Assembly (NCBI GenBank): GCA_963708025.1
Contig: CAVPSB010000032.1
Location: 192,001-256,000, forward strand
Length of the DNA: 64,000 bases
Source: an uncultured Candidatus Rokubacteria bacterium
GTDB lineage: Bacteria > Methylomirabilota > Methylomirabilia > Rokubacteriales > DASRDR01
Direction: 5' to 3'
Under the pieces are notes generated by a model. The model was not told the origin of the DNA. It searched no databases and worked only from the letters and a program-made list of their open reading frames with translations. Shown here piece after piece: positions 19,801 to 38,172 of the stretch; position 1 is the first letter of the stretch; every line of letters begins with the position of its first letter. The position numbers were made by a program, and so were the translations under genes.

Positions 19801-19859
19801 CTTCGTCCGCTCGCGCCGCGAGGCGCGATGTGAACCCTGAACGATCGAGGAGGTGCCGT

Positions 19860-20120
19860 ATGCGGATCCTGGGAACGGCGGCCGTGGTGGCGCTCGCGCT
19901 GAGCCTCGCCGTCGGCGCCGCGCTCGCCGGCGAGATGGTCGGCAAGGTCCAGAAGATCGACACCGACCAGAAGATGGTGCAGCTCGAGGACGGGACGCAG
20001 CTCTGGCTCGCCGAGGGGACGACCACCGACAACGTCAAGGAAGGTCAGAAGGTCAAGGTTAGCTACGAGGAGAAGGACGGCAAGAACTGGGCGACGAGCT
20101 TCGAGGTCGTCACGGAGTAA
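19860..20120 (+). CDS. Small secreted OB-fold-like protein (DUF1344-like)
   Basis: GAGGAGGT RBS, signal peptide, GKVQKID...VQLEDG...VKEGQKVKVSYEEKDGKN. Confidence 0.8.
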   Translation: MRILGTAAVVALALSLAVGAALAGEMVGKVQKIDTDQKMVQLEDGTQLWLAEGTTTDNVKEGQKVKVSYEEKDGKNWATSFEVVTE

Positions 20121-20272
20121 GGGCCCGCCATCGCCTCGGAGGGGCACGCCGCCCCTCCGAGGCCCCTGCCCGCGATTCGGCCAGGATCTCTTCCGGGGTC
20201 ACAGCGACCCCACCTTGCCGGGGGGAGGGCCCGGGGGAATCGCAAGGGCCTTCGAGATCCGCCCCCGATTAT

Positions 20273-20424
20273 CTCAGTTCGGGACCTCCCGCCACCCCCC
20301 CAACCCCCCTCCCGATTGACCGGATCGCCGGGACGGCTCGGGCCTACGGCCCTCGCGACGTCCCGTCCCTCCGGCGGGCACCGGGGGGAGGGGGAGCCGG
20401 AGGACCCCATTCCTTCACACGCTC
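20273..20424 (+). repeat. Intergenic repeat family B containing a family E insert (20320-20374)
   Basis: Same ends as the 7953 copy; the centre matches 60231-60285 and the reverse complement of 9477-9520. Confidence 0.85.
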
Positions 20425-20664
20425 TCAGCCGCCTGACAGCGGCGGGATGATGGTCAGGACGTCCCCCGAACGCAGCCGACGCTCGGTCGGCGCCTCCTGT
20501 CCGTTCACGAGGAACAGGCCCGGAAGGTCGCCGGGGATGGCCAGATGCCGACGGACCTCGTCCACCGTGGCTCCCTCCGGAATGTCGAGATGGGCCGTGC
20601 CGCCCCGGGCGCCGGGCGGGAGGTATCGCGCCAGGTTCGCGAAGAGACGCACCTCGATCGTCAA
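20425..20664 (-). CDS. MoaD/ThiS family ubiquitin-like sulfur carrier
   Basis: IEVRLFANL, FLVNGQ, LRSGDVLTIIPPLSGG with C-terminal GG. Confidence 0.88.
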   Translation of the reverse strand: MTIEVRLFANLARYLPPGARGGTAHLDIPEGATVDEVRRHLAIPGDLPGLFLVNGQEAPTERRLRSGDVLTIIPPLSGG

Positions 20665-20710
20665 GGCTTCGGATGCGGCGACGTCCTCGGAGCCCCGGAT
20701 GGGCCGAGGT

Positions 20711-22180
20711 CTAGCGGCTGGAAGTCTTGGCGCGATCGTCGCGCTGGGTGATCCGCACAGCCGGCTTCGGCTTCGGAGTCGTCCGGGGCGCCGACTTCGC
20801 GGCAGCCTGCGGCGCCCCAGGCTTCCCGGCGGCGACCGCCGGCGCGGGGACGACCGGCACGATCTTGTTGGAGACGGGCACCAGGAGCTCCGTGACGCCG
20901 CGGAGCCGCCCGCCGGCGAGCTGGTTCACCTCGGCCAGTCGCTGGGGGCTGGTGCGATACAGCTGGGCGATCTCGGCCAGGGTCTGGTTGCGGGCGATCC
21001 GGTGCAGACCCCACGCCACGAGCCTGGCCGGCGCCGCTTCCTCCAGCGCCGCTTCGAAGCGGGAGGCCCGACCCAGGGGGAGCCGGACCGTGTAGCTCCC
21101 GAACGGCGGCGTGATGCCGCCCCGCAGGGCGGGGTTCAGCTCGCGGACGTCATCCACCGGCACCTCGGCCAGTGTCGCGATCGTCTCGAAGTCCAACGCC
21201 CGCTTGACCGTCACCTCGTCGTACTCGAGCGGGGATTCCATGGTGACGTCGAACCCGTAGCGGGAAGGAGCCTGGGTGATCACGGTCGCGGCGAGAATCT
21301 GGGGCACGAACCGCTTCGTCTCGTTCGGCAGGTGGCGAGTCTGGGTCAGCGCCCAGAAATCGCTCGTCTTCGCCATCTTCATCGCTCGGGCGACCCGCGC
21401 CTCCCCCGCGTTGTACGCGGCCTGGGCCAGGAACCAGTGGCCGAACATCCCGTAAAGGTCACCAAGGTACCGGGCCGCCGCCACCGTCGCCTTGACCGGG
21501 TCCAGCCGCTCGTCCACCCAGCGGTTGACGACCAGGCCGTAGCGTCGGCCGGTCGCCTCCATGAACTGCCACATCCCCTTGGCGCCCACCCGGGACACGG
21601 CCCGGGGCGAGAACCCGGACTCGATCATCGCGGTGTAGGCCAGCTCCTCCGGCAGGCCGTGCTGGCGGAAGACCTGCCGGATCATGCCGAGGTACCGACC
21701 CGACCGGGAAATCCAGAGGCCGAACCGCTCGCGCTCCCGGGCGGTGAAGTAGTCCATCAACGCCTCGACCTGGGCGTTGACCACTACGGGGTAGGTCGGA
21801 ACCGGAATGCCGGGGGTGAGCCTGACGGTGATGTCGCCCCGGGGATCGTCGAAGATCGGGTGGTTCCAGTCGATCCGGGCATGGAGCGGAATATCGCCGA
21901 TCCCGGCGGTGGCCGGCTCGGAAGGATCAGCCGACTCGGCCGGCTCTGGCTCGTCGAGCTCGGGGGTCTCGCCGGAAATCGGGATTAGAGCGACCGGGAC
22001 GAGCGGCGGATCGGGTGGTCGCGGGATGGCCGCGATCTGAGCCTCTCCGGCGCCGGCAGGAAGCGCCAGCGCCAGCGGCTCGCCTCCCCAGCTGGCCGCC
22101 GTCCCTGGAGCCGTGAGCGTCGTGGCCAGGGCCACTCCGCTCAGAGCCCGCGTGATACACCACCGCGTTTGCGTCCCCAT
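20711..22180 (-). CDS. mltD: Lytic murein transglycosylase D-like (SLT plus LysM)
   Basis: AMIESGF, AKGMWQFM, AAYNAGE, ETKRFVP, LysM-like segments. Confidence 0.88.
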   Translation of the reverse strand: MGTQTRWCITRALSGVALATTLTAPGTAASWGGEPLALALPAGAGEAQIAAIPRPPDPPLVPVALIPISGETPELDEPEPAESADPSEPATAGIGDIPLHARIDWNHPIFDDPRGDITVRLTPGIPVPTYPVVVNAQVEALMDYFTARERERFGLWISRSGRYLGMIRQVFRQHGLPEELAYTAMIESGFSPRAVSRVGAKGMWQFMEATGRRYGLVVNRWVDERLDPVKATVAAARYLGDLYGMFGHWFLAQAAYNAGEARVARAMKMAKTSDFWALTQTRHLPNETKRFVPQILAATVITQAPSRYGFDVTMESPLEYDEVTVKRALDFETIATLAEVPVDDVRELNPALRGGITPPFGSYTVRLPLGRASRFEAALEEAAPARLVAWGLHRIARNQTLAEIAQLYRTSPQRLAEVNQLAGGRLRGVTELLVPVSNKIVPVVPAPAVAAGKPGAPQAAAKSAPRTTPKPKPAVRITQRDDRAKTSSR

Positions 22181-22313
22181 AGTGAAGTTTGTGGTACCAG
22201 AACGAGCACCCCCCTTGTAACACGCCCTGAAATGGAGTGTCAACGGAAAACTGCCCGGACGGGAATGCTAACTGCGTGTAACTTCTGCAATATGGCCACG
22301 TCCCCCGATGGAC

Positions 22314-23027
22314 CTAGCGGAGGGGACCGACCATGAAGCGCGTCCGGTCCGTGAGCAGCGCGCGCGCCCGGTCATCGGGCGCCACTCGCACGCGAGTGAC
22401 CCACACTTCGGCCTCTTTGGCGGGGGTCGAGGGCCGGGTCAGGAAGCCGCCGAACTCTCCCCCTCCCCCCTTCCGGGGGGACTTTCGGGTGCGAGGCTCC
22501 TTGGGCTGACTGTACGGGGTGAGGTGGAACACCACCAGGAGCCACTCACCGGATGGGAGATCCTCGACGACGAAGATCCCGGCGGCGTCGGTCGTCCGCC
22601 GACGGACGAGGCCGTGGTCGGTGTCCGGGGCGGGCCGCGACGCGTCACCCTGGACCGGCCGGGCCGGGCGGGGTCCGAGCGTCACGACCTGGGCCTCGAA
22701 CGCCTTGAGCCGCTCCCGAAGACGCGCCACCGCGCTCTCGTACTCGGCGCCGGAGCCGCGGGCGCTCTCCCGGATTCGAGCGAGGTCGGCCGCCAGGCTA
22801 GGGATGTAGGGGTAGAGCACGATCTCGACCCCGACCAGCGGCGTCAGTGACCCATCGGGAGACTCCTCCTCCACCGCCAGACGACCCCAGAGAAGCCCCG
22901 GGAGCCCGAAGCTCTGGAGCGCCCGCGTCAGCTCGGCGACCGGGTCCTCGGCCATCGAATCCGGGGGGTGGACGGCCGGGAGCGCCACGAGGAGGAGGAG
23001 GCCGAGCGCGAGGACGGCTCGGGTCAC
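22314..23027 (-). CDS. Hypothetical exported protein
   Basis: GTG overlapping the upstream stop, signal peptide, TTDAAGIFVVEDLPSGEWLL (transthyretin-like fold pattern). Confidence 0.6.
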   Translation of the reverse strand: MTRAVLALGLLLLVALPAVHPPDSMAEDPVAELTRALQSFGLPGLLWGRLAVEEESPDGSLTPLVGVEIVLYPYIPSLAADLARIRESARGSGAEYESAVARLRERLKAFEAQVVTLGPRPARPVQGDASRPAPDTDHGLVRRRTTDAAGIFVVEDLPSGEWLLVVFHLTPYSQPKEPRTRKSPRKGGGGEFGGFLTRPSTPAKEAEVWVTRVRVAPDDRARALLTDRTRFMVGPLR

Positions 23028-23941
23028 GCCGGCTGACTCTTCCAGCGTCGGTGGACCCAGAACCACTGCTCTGGATGCGCGCGGATCTGACGCTCGATCA
23101 CCTCGGTGAAGCGCGCCGTGTTCGCCTCGACGTCGCGCTCGAGCGCGCCGGTGCGGACCAACGGGACGGCCGGCTCCAGCGTCACCACGTGGTCGCCGTC
23201 CGGGAGACGATGGACGAAGGCAGGCACGACCGGGGCGCCGGTCTTGAGGGCGAGCACGGCGAGGCCCCGGGACGTGGAGGCCGGTCGGCCGAAGAACGGC
23301 ACGAAGGCGCCCTGCCCGCCGGCGTGCTGATCGAGCATGATGCCGACGCACTCCCCGCGGGCCAGGGCGGCCTGGATTCCCTTGACGGCCTCGCGCTTGG
23401 GAATCAGCCGGATCTGCGCGCGGGCGCGACCCTCCGCCACCAGGGCGTCCAGGAACGGGTTGTCGAGGGGGCGGATGACGACGTTCAGGTCGGGAAGCCC
23501 GGTGAGGGAGTGAGACGCCCCGAGGAGCTCCCAGTTGCCGAAGTGTGCTCCTAGCAGCAGAGCGCCGCGCCCCTCGGTCAGGGCCGCCTTGGCGTGCTCC
23601 ACGCCCTCCATCCGCACGCGCTGCAGCATGGCCCCGGGTGGGCCGAGAAAGAGCCGGCAACACTCCATGGCCGTGACCCCGAGGTGGCGGAAGCTCGCCC
23701 GGGCGATACGGCGGCGCTCGGCCGGGGACAGCGACGAGCCGAAGGCGAGGGCCAGGTTCGTCAGGGCCACGCGGCGGCGACCCAGAACCACCCAGTAGGC
23801 CAGCTCGCCCAGCGTCGCCCCGACCCGGGTGGCCGTGCGGGGCGGAAGCCGCCCGGCGGCACGGCCGACGATGGCCAGCAGACCCGCAGCCGCGCGCTGC
23901 CCCCAGCGGACCCAGAGCGGTGCCGGGCGACGCCGACCCAT
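23024..23941 (-). CDS. Lipid A late acyltransferase (HtrB/LpxL family)
   Basis: GAHFGNWE, RPLDNP, MLDQ, VPFFG, PEQWFWVHRRWK. Confidence 0.9.
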   Translation of the reverse strand: MGRRRPAPLWVRWGQRAAAGLLAIVGRAAGRLPPRTATRVGATLGELAYWVVLGRRRVALTNLALAFGSSLSPAERRRIARASFRHLGVTAMECCRLFLGPPGAMLQRVRMEGVEHAKAALTEGRGALLLGAHFGNWELLGASHSLTGLPDLNVVIRPLDNPFLDALVAEGRARAQIRLIPKREAVKGIQAALARGECVGIMLDQHAGGQGAFVPFFGRPASTSRGLAVLALKTGAPVVPAFVHRLPDGDHVVTLEPAVPLVRTGALERDVEANTARFTEVIERQIRAHPEQWFWVHRRWKSQPA

Positions 23942-23942
23942 G

Positions 23943-24940
<998 letters not shown>

Positions 24941-24958
24941 CAGCGCACGAACGAGATT

Positions 24959-25080
24959 GAGCGGGCCGAGAGCCGAGTCCCGCTAGGACGCAGGGAGGAG
25001 GCCCGCCGAGGCGTATGCCTCATACGTTGAGGCGGGCCGACGACCGAGGACGACGCGGGACGACGGCTATCGGCACGCTC
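24959..25080. repeat. Long imperfect palindrome, repeat family D
   Basis: Nested arms GAGCGGGCCGA/TCGGCACGCTC, GTCCCGC/GCGGGAC, GGCCCGCC/GGCGGGCC, CGTATG/CATACG. Core also present at 9381-9439. Confidence 0.75.
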
Positions 25081-25696
25081 AGCCCATCTTGAGCATGATG
25101 CCTTCGATCACGTTCACGACATCCTCACAGCGATCGGTGACCTCCTCGAGGGTCTCGTAGATCTCCTTCCACTTGATGACCTCGATGGGATCGGTCACGT
25201 CCGCGAAGAGGCCGGCGATCAGCTCCTTGAGCAACCGGTCCGCCTCGTTCTCGAGCCGGTTGGTCTCGACGCAGTGGACGTGGTACTCGGCGCTGTGGGG
25301 CCGGAGGCACTGCACCGCCGCCCGGGTGGCGACGGCGGCGTTGACGATCACCTCGCCCAGGGCCCGGGCACCCGAGGTCGGCGCCTTGATCCGGTAGAGA
25401 ACCAGCCGGTCGGCCGCGGCCTCGATCAGGTCCAGCACGTCGTCGAGGCGGCTGGCCAGGGCATAGACGTCCTCGCGGTCGATTGGCGTGACGAAGGTCG
25501 TATTGATCTTGCGAATGAGCTCGTGGGTGAGGGCGTCGCCGGCGTGCTCGAGCTCCTTGATCGCCGCCGACTTGGCGGGGGCGTCGGAGAAGTCGAAGAT
25601 CAGCTCGTGGAGGCGCCGGGCCGACTCGACGATGTGGACGGCCTGGCGCTCGAAGAGGTCGAAGAACTGCTCGTCACGGGGGATCAGCCGGAACAT
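25079..25696 (-). CDS. DUF47 PiT accessory protein (PhoU-like)
   Basis: LEHAGD, TFVTPIDRED, LENEAD, IKWKEIYE, TDRCED. Confidence 0.92.
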   Translation of the reverse strand: MFRLIPRDEQFFDLFERQAVHIVESARRLHELIFDFSDAPAKSAAIKELEHAGDALTHELIRKINTTFVTPIDREDVYALASRLDDVLDLIEAAADRLVLYRIKAPTSGARALGEVIVNAAVATRAAVQCLRPHSAEYHVHCVETNRLENEADRLLKELIAGLFADVTDPIEVIKWKEIYETLEEVTDRCEDVVNVIEGIMLKMG

Positions 25697-25706
25697 CGGC
25701 CTCCGC

Positions 25707-26354
25707 TCAGCGTTCCGAGAGCGCCGAATCCTGCCGGGCGCGGCTCCGGGCCCTCCACCACTCGACGCCGATCGGCACCACCGACAGCACGATGACGACC
25801 GCCACCACGATGTGGATGTGCCGGTCGATGTTCGGGATGGTCTGCCCCAGGAGGTAACCCGCCCAGGTGAGGCTCATCACCCAGCCGATGCCACCGAAGA
25901 CGTTGTAGAAGAGGAAGTTGCGGTACTCCATCTGCCCCACCCCGGCCACGACCGGCGCGAACGTCCGGATGATCGGGATGAAGCGGGCCAGCACGATGGT
26001 CTTGCCGCCGTGCCGCTCGTAGAACTCGCGCGTGCGGAGCAGGTGCTTCCGGGCGAACCAGCGCGACTCCTCCTTCCGGAAGATGCGGGGGCCGGTCCGG
26101 TAGCCGATGGCGTAGCCGACGCTGTCGCCGGTGATCGCGGCCACGATCAGCAGGGCGTTGAGGAGCCAGATGTCCAGGCCGCCGGCGGCGGCGACGAGGC
26201 CGGCGGTGATCAGCAGGGAGTCGCCGGGGAGGAAGAAGCCGATCAGCAGCCCGGTCTCGGTGAAGACGATGGCGACCAGGATGAAGTACCCGCCCCAGCG
26301 GATGAGGTCGTCGAGGGAGTAGCGGCCCGAGGCGACCTCGAGGAGGAAGTCCAC
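25707..26354 (-). CDS. dedA: DedA family membrane protein
   Basis: FTETGLLIGFFLPGDSLL, GDSVGYAIG, ARFIPIIRTFAP. Confidence 0.92.
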   Translation of the reverse strand: MDFLLEVASGRYSLDDLIRWGGYFILVAIVFTETGLLIGFFLPGDSLLITAGLVAAAGGLDIWLLNALLIVAAITGDSVGYAIGYRTGPRIFRKEESRWFARKHLLRTREFYERHGGKTIVLARFIPIIRTFAPVVAGVGQMEYRNFLFYNVFGGIGWVMSLTWAGYLLGQTIPNIDRHIHIVVAVVIVLSVVPIGVEWWRARSRARQDSALSER

Positions 26355-26360
26355 CGGCGG

Positions 26361-28910
<2,550 letters not shown>

Positions 28911-29092
28911 GGTGCTGTGTCTCCTGGGACGGACGGAATGGGTGATGGAAAACTTCCCGGCCGATTATAGCAGGCGGCGACACGAACGTCGCCGGTTAGG
29001 CGCCTTGGGCCGCCGCGGTGGCGGCGGCCGGCTGGGCCCTCCTCCACCGCCCGCGCCTTGACAGGGCCCGGACGGCCAGACAATCATCCCGC

Positions 29093-30335
29093 GTGACGCC
29101 CGCGAGTCCGCTGCCCCTGTACTCGGTGCTTCCGTTCGTCGCCATGCTCCTCGCCATCGCCGTCTGCCCCCTGTGGATGCCGCACTGGTGGGAGCCCAAC
29201 CGGAACAAGCTCGTGGTCGCCGGCGCCCTCGGGCTCCCGGTCGCCGGTCTCTACCTCGTGCGGGAGCCGCCCGCGCTCCTCCGGATGGGGGAAGAGTACG
29301 TCTCGTTCATCATCCTCCTGGCCGGCCTCTTCGTGATCGCGGGGGGAATCCGCCTGACCGGAGACCTGGAGGCCACGCCGCTCACCAACACCGCCTTCCT
29401 GGCCATCGGATCCGTCCTGGCCTCATTTCTCGGGACCACCGGCGCCTCCATGCTCCTGATCCGGCCGGTGCTCCAGACCAACCGCGAGCGCACCCGGGTC
29501 AAGCACACGGTCATCTTCTTCATCTTCCTGGTCTCCAACATCGGCGGGCTGCTGACGCCGCTGGGTGACCCCCCGCTGTTCCTCGGGTACCTGCAGGGGG
29601 TCCCCTTCTCCTGGACGTTCAGACTCTGGCCGCAGTGGCTGGTCGGCGTGGCCGCCCTGCTCCTGACGTACTTCGTCTGGGACTCGATCCATCACGCGCG
29701 CGAGCCGCTCGCCGCTCTGCGGCGGGATCGCGCGCAGCGCGAGCCGCTCCGGCTGGCCGGGACGCTGAACGGACTCTGGCTCGTCGGGGTCGTGGCGGCG
29801 GTGGCGCTCCTCCACGAGCCCTGGCGGGAGCTGGCCATCGTCGCGCTGGCCGCTGTCTCCCTGTGGACCACGCCCGGTCCGAGTCCGCCGTGCCAACGGC
29901 TTCACCGCGTACCCGATGCTGGAGGTGGCCGCCCTGTTCTTCGGAATCTTCCTCACCATGATCCCGGCGCTGGAGCTGTTGCGCACGCGGGGGAGCGAGC
30001 TGGGCGTCCGCGAGCCCTGGCAGTTCTTCTGGGCCTCCGGACTGCTGTCGTCGTTCCTGGACAACGCGCCGACGTACCTGACCTTCCTCGCGCTGGGCCA
30101 GGGGCTCCGGTTGGCCGACGAGGTGGTCGGGGTCCCGCACGCCACGCTGGCCGCGATCAGCACCGGCGCCGTGTTCATGGGGGCGAACACTTACATCGGC
30201 AACGCGCCCAACTTCATGGTGAAGGCCATCGCGGACGAGGCCAGGGTGCGGATGCCCAGCTTCTTCGGCTATCTGGCCTACAGCGGCCTGGTGCTCCTCC
30301 CGCTCTTCGCGCTCATGACCCGGCTGTTCTTCTGA
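29093..30335 (+). CDS. Putative Na+/H+ antiporter or ion transporter (IT superfamily), frameshift near 29880
   Basis: [55 protein letters not shown]. Confidence 0.8.
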
Positions 30336-30351
30336 ACATCGAGGCCCCCTC

Positions 30352-30437
30352 TCCGAGCGGAACACCATTGCCGCGCGGCCGGAACCGGGGGGGTGCGAGA
30401 AGCCGATGGGCAGATAGGAATGGGAGCCGCCGGCACT
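30352..30437 (+). repeat. Partial repeat family A (right half)
   Basis: GAGCGGAACACC...TGCGAGAAGCCGATGGG...GAATGGGAGCCGCCGGCACTTC, matching the reverse complement of the 54917 copy. Confidence 0.7.
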
Positions 30438-30544
30438 TCTTTCGGGGGTCTCAGCTTCCCGGCGGCGACTCCGGCTTGACCGGCTGGGGGTCGCCTCGTA
30501 CGATGAGAGCCGGCATGAAGGCCGGGCCGCCCGGGTGGTCCTCG

Positions 30545-30763
30545 ATGGAGCGTCAGAGAAGCGCCGCCGACTCGGATCGCGTCGGACCCCGCTGCCCGCG
30601 GTGCGGCACCCCGGTCGTCTGGTCCGGCAATCCAGCCCGCCCGTTCTGCTCGCGCCGCTGCAAGCTCATCGATCTCGGAAGCTGGCTGGACGAGGAGTAC
30701 CGGGTGCCGGGCCCACCGATCCCGCCGGAGCCAGCTGACGGTGAGGGGCACGCCGGCGGACGG
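30545..30763 (+). CDS. yacG: DNA gyrase inhibitor YacG-like zinc finger (no in-frame stop before the next gene)
   Basis: CPRCG...[24 protein letters not shown]. Confidence 0.85.
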
Positions 30764-31417
30764 ATGATCGACCGCCTCGCCAGCGACCCGATCGGCTTCC
30801 TCCAGCACCTGGTCCTGATGGCCCCCGCGCTCCTCTTGGCGGTGACCATCCACGAGGTCGCTCACGGCTGGGTGGCCGAGCGGCTGGGCGACCCGACGGC
30901 GCGGCTGGCCGGACGGCTGACGCTCAATCCGCTCCCGCACATCGACCCGCTCGGCGCGCTGGCCTTCGTCATCGCGGGCTTCGGCTGGGCGAAGCCGGTC
31001 CCGGTCAACGCGCGCAACCTGCGCCACCCGGTCCGGGACATGGCGCTGGTGGGTGCGGCCGGCCCCCTCTCGAACTTCGTGGTCGCGTTTCTCGGGCTCG
31101 TCGTCTTGGTGCTGGTGAGCCGCACGGTGGACGCGCCGTTCTTCGCGGTGCCGTTGATCGGGATGCTGCGCTACGTCTACGCGTTCAATCTCGGCCTGGC
31201 GATCTTCAACCTGATCCCGCTGCCGCCGCTCGACGGGGGCCACTTCCTCCCCTACTTCCTCCCCCGCGAGGCCTGGCCGCTCCTGCGTCGGCTCGAGCTG
31301 TACGGACCCATCGTCCTGCTCCTACTGCTCATCTCGGGAGCGACCCGCTATATCGTCAGCCCGATCTTCCAGCTCGTCGAAGGCTTCTATCTCGCCGCGG
31401 TCCGGTTCCTCCTGTAG
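30764..31417 (+). CDS. Site-2 protease, peptidase M50 family
   Basis: [42 protein letters not shown]. Confidence 0.92.
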   Translation: MIDRLASDPIGFLQHLVLMAPALLLAVTIHEVAHGWVAERLGDPTARLAGRLTLNPLPHIDPLGALAFVIAGFGWAKPVPVNARNLRHPVRDMALVGAAGPLSNFVVAFLGLVVLVLVSRTVDAPFFAVPLIGMLRYVYAFNLGLAIFNLIPLPPLDGGHFLPYFLPREAWPLLRRLELYGPIVLLLLLISGATRYIVSPIFQLVEGFYLAAVRFLL

Positions 31418-31541
31418 CGCGGCGAGCGGTGCTGGGCCCGCTGGCCGAGGACCGGGTCGGCGGGATAACGAGCAGGCGCACGCGGCGACCGAAGCGGCGG
31501 GCGCGAGCGCCCGGCAGGTGGACCCTTCGTCGATGACAACG

Positions 31542-31577
31542 AAAACGCCCAGGCCGCGTGTGCGACCCGGGCGTCTT
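31542..31577 (-). terminator. Intrinsic terminator of the rRNA operon
   Basis: GACGCCCGGGTCGC-ACAC-GCGGCCTGGGCGTTTT downstream of 5S. Confidence 0.75.
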
Positions 31578-31584
31578 CAGAAGC

Positions 31585-31701
31585 CCCGGCGGCGACCTAC
31601 TCTCCCACGCCGTTACCAGCGCAGTACCATCGGCCCTGGAGGGCTTAACGACCGTGTTCGGGATGGGAACGGGTGTGGCCCCTCCGGTCTGGCCGCCGGG
31701 A
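31585..31701 (-). rRNA. rrf: 5S rRNA
   Basis: CCCGTTCCCATCCCGAACACGG, GATGGTACTG, GGGAGAGTAGGT conserved blocks. Confidence 0.97.
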
Positions 31702-31780
31702 AGCACCAGCCGTCTACGAGTCCCTCGAGTCGCCGTCCTGTCCACCCGTCGGATCGCCATCCGGCGGCGGAATCATCCGT

Positions 31781-34765
<2,985 letters not shown>

Positions 34766-34954
34766 ACGGATCCCTCCGTGGTCCGCCGAATGACTTCCGT
34801 CTCGTGTAGACGCTCTGGCTACTCGAGGTTCTCGTATGCGGTTGTCAAAGAGCTGCGCGCCGGCCCGAAAGCCGGCGCGGTGAAAAATGCTACTGGCTCG
34901 CGCGAGTGGTGATCGACCCAGTCGATCGGGCAGTGGGTCACCCCACCCCCCCGA

Positions 34955-36523
<1,569 letters not shown>

Positions 36524-36580
36524 CCTCTCTCGGACCTCAAGGGCATGCACACCGTCTCGGTGAGCCAGTAGCATATTCAG

Positions 36581-36592
36581 CTGTCAAAGAGC
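36581..36592 (-). promoter_or_regulatory. rrn boxA antitermination site (second copy in the ITS at about 34842-34853)
   Basis: GCTCTTTGACA in both leader and spacer; leader 36563-36578 pairs with spacer 34881-34899 as a 16S processing stem. Confidence 0.75.
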
Positions 36593-36692
36593 CGAGGAAA
36601 CTTCTCTGAGAACGTAACCGGTGATTCGGTATCAGCCGGGCGGGTCTTTCGAACCCAACTGCTCGGGAACCAAAGGCCCCGAGCAACACCTA

Positions 36693-36722
36693 ACGGTACC
36701 AGCGGCTCCGCCGCCCTGTCAA
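36693..36722 (-). promoter_or_regulatory. Putative rrn sigma70 promoter
   Basis: TTGACA-N18-TACCGT. Confidence 0.6.
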
Positions 36723-36739
36723 GTGCGAATTCGGGTGAC

Positions 36740-37996
36740 CTACCCTTCGCCGGCCACGACCCGCACGCGGCGGAACTCGCGCCGGCCCTTCTGAACGAGG
36801 AGCTCGTCGCCCGGCCGGAGCCGGCGGGTCCCGTACGGGTCCTCGACCCGCTGGTCGTCGATGCGGATGCCACCCTGCTGGATCAGCCGCTTCGCCTCGC
36901 TGGCCGAGCCGGCGACACCGCTCCGGACCACGAGCTGGTCCATTCGCAGCTCGGCGCCTCCCCCCGGGACCGGCAGACGCACCTCGAGGACATCCTCCGG
37001 CACCTCGCGCGCCCGGAACTGCTGCACGAAGCCCCGGTGAGCGGTCTCTGCTTCCGCACCACCGTGGAACTGCGCCACGATCCTGGCGGCAAGCTCGAGC
37101 TTGGCCTCCATCGGGTGTTTCGTCCCGTCGCGGATCCCGGCCTCGAGGGCATCGACCTCCGCCGATGGGTAGCCGCTCACGAGGCGATAGTAGGTGATCA
37201 TCACCTCGTCCGAGACCGACATCAGCTTGCCGAACATCTGGGCGGGCGGCTCCGTGATCCCCACGTAGTTTCCCAGGCTCTTCGACATCTTCTGCACGCC
37301 GTCGGTGCCGACCAGCAGCGGCATCGTGATCGAGATCTGGGGCTCCTGGCCGAACGCGCGCTGCAAGTCCCGGCCGACCAGGAGGTTGAACGTCTGGTCC
37401 GTCCCGCCCATCTCGACGTCCGCCCGGAGCGCCACGGAGTCCTGGGCCTGGAAGAGCGGATAGAGGAACTCGTGGAGGTGGATCGGCCGTTCGGCTTCGT
37501 AGCGCTGGGCGAAGTCCTCGCGGGAGAGGAGACGGGCCACCGTCACCTGCGCGGTCATCCGGATGACGTCCTCGGCCCGCAACGGTGACAGCCACTCGGA
37601 GTTGAAGGCCACGCGCGTCGCCACCGGATCCAGGATCTTGAACACCTGGGTCTTGTACGTCTGGGCGTTCGCCTCGATCTCCTCTCGCGAGAGAGGCTTG
37701 CGCGTCTCCGACTTCCCGGTGGGATCGCCGATCATCCCCGTGAAGTCCCCGATGACGAAGTAGATCGCGTGGCCAAGCTCCTGAAGTTGCCGCATCTTCT
37801 GGATGACCACGGTGTGCCCCAAGTGGAGATCGGGCGCGGTCGGATCGAACCCGACCTTCACCACCATCGGGATGCCCGTCCGCACTGACCGCTCCAGCTT
37901 GGCCCGCAGCTCGTCCTCCTGGACGATGGCCGCGGTCCCCCGTCGGATCAGCGCGAGCTGCTCCGCGGCCGCAATGGACTCGCCAGGGCGCAACAT
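36740..37996 (-). CDS. tyrS: Tyrosyl-tRNA synthetase
   Basis: [27 protein letters not shown]-terminal S4 domain. Confidence 0.97.
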   Translation of the reverse strand: MLRPGESIAAAEQLALIRRGTAAIVQEDELRAKLERSVRTGIPMVVKVGFDPTAPDLHLGHTVVIQKMRQLQELGHAIYFVIGDFTGMIGDPTGKSETRKPLSREEIEANAQTYKTQVFKILDPVATRVAFNSEWLSPLRAEDVIRMTAQVTVARLLSREDFAQRYEAERPIHLHEFLYPLFQAQDSVALRADVEMGGTDQTFNLLVGRDLQRAFGQEPQISITMPLLVGTDGVQKMSKSLGNYVGITEPPAQMFGKLMSVSDEVMITYYRLVSGYPSAEVDALEAGIRDGTKHPMEAKLELAARIVAQFHGGAEAETAHRGFVQQFRAREVPEDVLEVRLPVPGGGAELRMDQLVVRSGVAGSASEAKRLIQQGGIRIDDQRVEDPYGTRRLRPGDELLVQKGRREFRRVRVVAGEG

Positions 37997-38172
37997 GGCG
38001 CCGTTTGTATCACGGCCGGCGCGCGGCTGCAAGCGAAGGGAATCCGGTTCGCCGCGGCTGGCGCCGCCTGGCAGTATAATTGACGCGACTCAGGTGGCCG
38101 CGCCGATTGGAAAGGACGACCGGAGAGCACTCCCCCGTGCCATCACGCCTTCGCGCCCGACGTTCCAGCGCC

